This document shows, piece after piece, positions 10,660 to 11,806 of a stretch of 11,806 bases of DNA. Where the stretch lies: contig CBDDTI010000359.1 of the NCBI GenBank assembly GCA_965233585.1, positions 1 to 11,806 on the forward strand, read 5' to 3'. The translations under genes and the position numbers were made by a program. Origin of the DNA: a bacterium (GTDB taxonomy: Bacteria; SAR324; NAC60-12). The notes beneath the pieces are model-generated. The model was not told the DNA's origin, searched no databases, and saw nothing but the letters and a program-made list of their open reading frames with translations. How positions within the stretch are numbered: the stretch's first letter is position 1; each line of letters opens with the position of its first letter.

Positions 10660-11620
10660 TAATCTCGTCCCCAGATCTCTTGTGGACGAAGCCGAAGGCG
10701 AGATCTGGCAAAGTAAGAAAATTTGTTTTTTTTTGATTGGCTGCTCCATTTGACTCCTGCCCAATCCCCTCTCTGAAAATTGACGCGGTTTTCCGCCCGC
10801 AGCAAACTTTCTTCAAACTCAAGTTCTAACCTGGTTCTTTCTGCGGTTCAGTGATGAAAATGAAAAGCGGATAAGAAAAGACGAGAGGAGGAAAGATTTG
10901 GAAGTAATTTGCCATTCGGGATTGAATAACTTTTGCAACATGATCATACTGTTACCTAAATCCCAAACATGTCATCCAGCACGTGCTCCCCTCCATCTCC
11001 CACACATGCTTTTTTGACACAAAACTTTACAAACCCCTCCCCTGTTCTTTTTTTTTTTTTGCATTTACGAGGTCGCCCAATCTCCGTACGTAAACAGCAT
11101 ATTGGGAACATGCTGTTTTAACAAGATTTGGCGATAACAATTGAGAGAAGGGGGAGGATTTTGTAAAAGCTTTTTACGTCAAAAACCTTGTGTGGGAGAT
11201 GGAGGGGAGCTTGAGCGCGCGCGCGTTGGATGACGTGTAAAACGGTACGATCATGTTGCGAAAAGCGAATTGAGACAAAACTTTGCAAAAGTCGCTAAAA
11301 TTCTCTGACTGTCGCAAAAGAATTCGAAAACAAATCTGGCCAAGTTGTAGAAAAAAACCTTTCGACCTCATTTTTTGCTTGTTTGGTTTCGTGAAAGCAA
11401 CGAAATTTAGAGATTCGAGCGAATAATCCTAAGTCATGTCGTAGGCCTGTCATGAGCTTGTTGTATGCGACAAAATCAGCCTTTACTGCTCGGAATTTAC
11501 GTTGGTCATGCGCACTTGCCTCCCCTGTCACATTACTGACAGGTGTGATCACGTAAGCAAATTGGATTTGGCCAGATCTCGCCTTCAACTTCGTCCACAA
11601 GAGATCTGGGAACGAGATTA
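10660..11620. mobile_element. Non-autonomous TIR DNA transposon with 50-bp TIRs and 9-bp TSD (superfamily uncertain; MULE- or Academ-type)
   Basis: TIRs at 10660-10709 / 11571-11620 match at 47/50, and each contains an internal CCAGATCTC..GAGATCTGG hairpin. Direct repeat AAACTTACC at 10651-10659 and 11621-11629 (11 bp if the terminal T/A are assigned to the target). Internal imperfect foldback at about 10929-11264. Confidence 0.9.
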
Positions 11621-11628
11621 AAACTTAC

Positions 11629-11740
11629 CTTCACATTGAATCTTGATGCAAATTCTCTTTAAAGTAACCAAAGACCAATCTCGTGGAAGCGTGAGAAAGT
11701 GTGCCTGCAGAAAAGCGCCTCTAGGAATGTTGGAAAACCT
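11629..11740 (-). other. Candidate 112-bp spliced exon of an unidentified minus-strand transcript
   Basis: Acceptor ATTTTGCAG (AG at 11742-11741) and a strong donor AAG|GTAAGT (GT at 11628-11627). One frame is open (RFSNIPRGAFLQAHFLTLPRDWSLVTLKRICIKIQCE), but the peptide is not recognised. Confidence 0.35.
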
Positions 11741-11806
11741 CTGCAAAATATGACTAATGTTTACTTACTGATTTTTTTTTTTCACTTGATAAAAAAGGCA
11801 AAAAGA

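Overview
AT-rich eukaryotic DNA with no intact protein-coding gene. Most of the window is a mosaic of nested and abutting transposable elements; the repeat families resemble those I recall from cnidarian (probably stony coral) genomes, which is an inference. It contains three TTAA-flanked Kolobok-like TIR elements (one carrying a 5'-truncated CR1/L2-group LINE), a foldback element, a TA-flanked Tc1/mariner-pogo-type MITE, and a TAA-flanked PIF/Harbinger-type element holding a tRNA-headed Deu/Nin-domain SINE. There is also a 961-bp TIR element whose target duplication copies a splice donor, and a 13-bp-TSD insertion with Penelope-like pseudo-LTR geometry around a tRNA-like module. The most notable signal is three sequence-unrelated elements without TSDs (3806-4615, 7427-7677, 8603-8901). 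Each has a left hairpin, a CCAAT box near the right end, and an internal site that is the reverse complement of its own joined right+left ends (a circle junction). Nearby (5131-5648, minus) is a frameshifted remnant of a Crypton-type tyrosine recombinase gene that the ORF track misses. A few weak candidate minus-strand host exons are noted.
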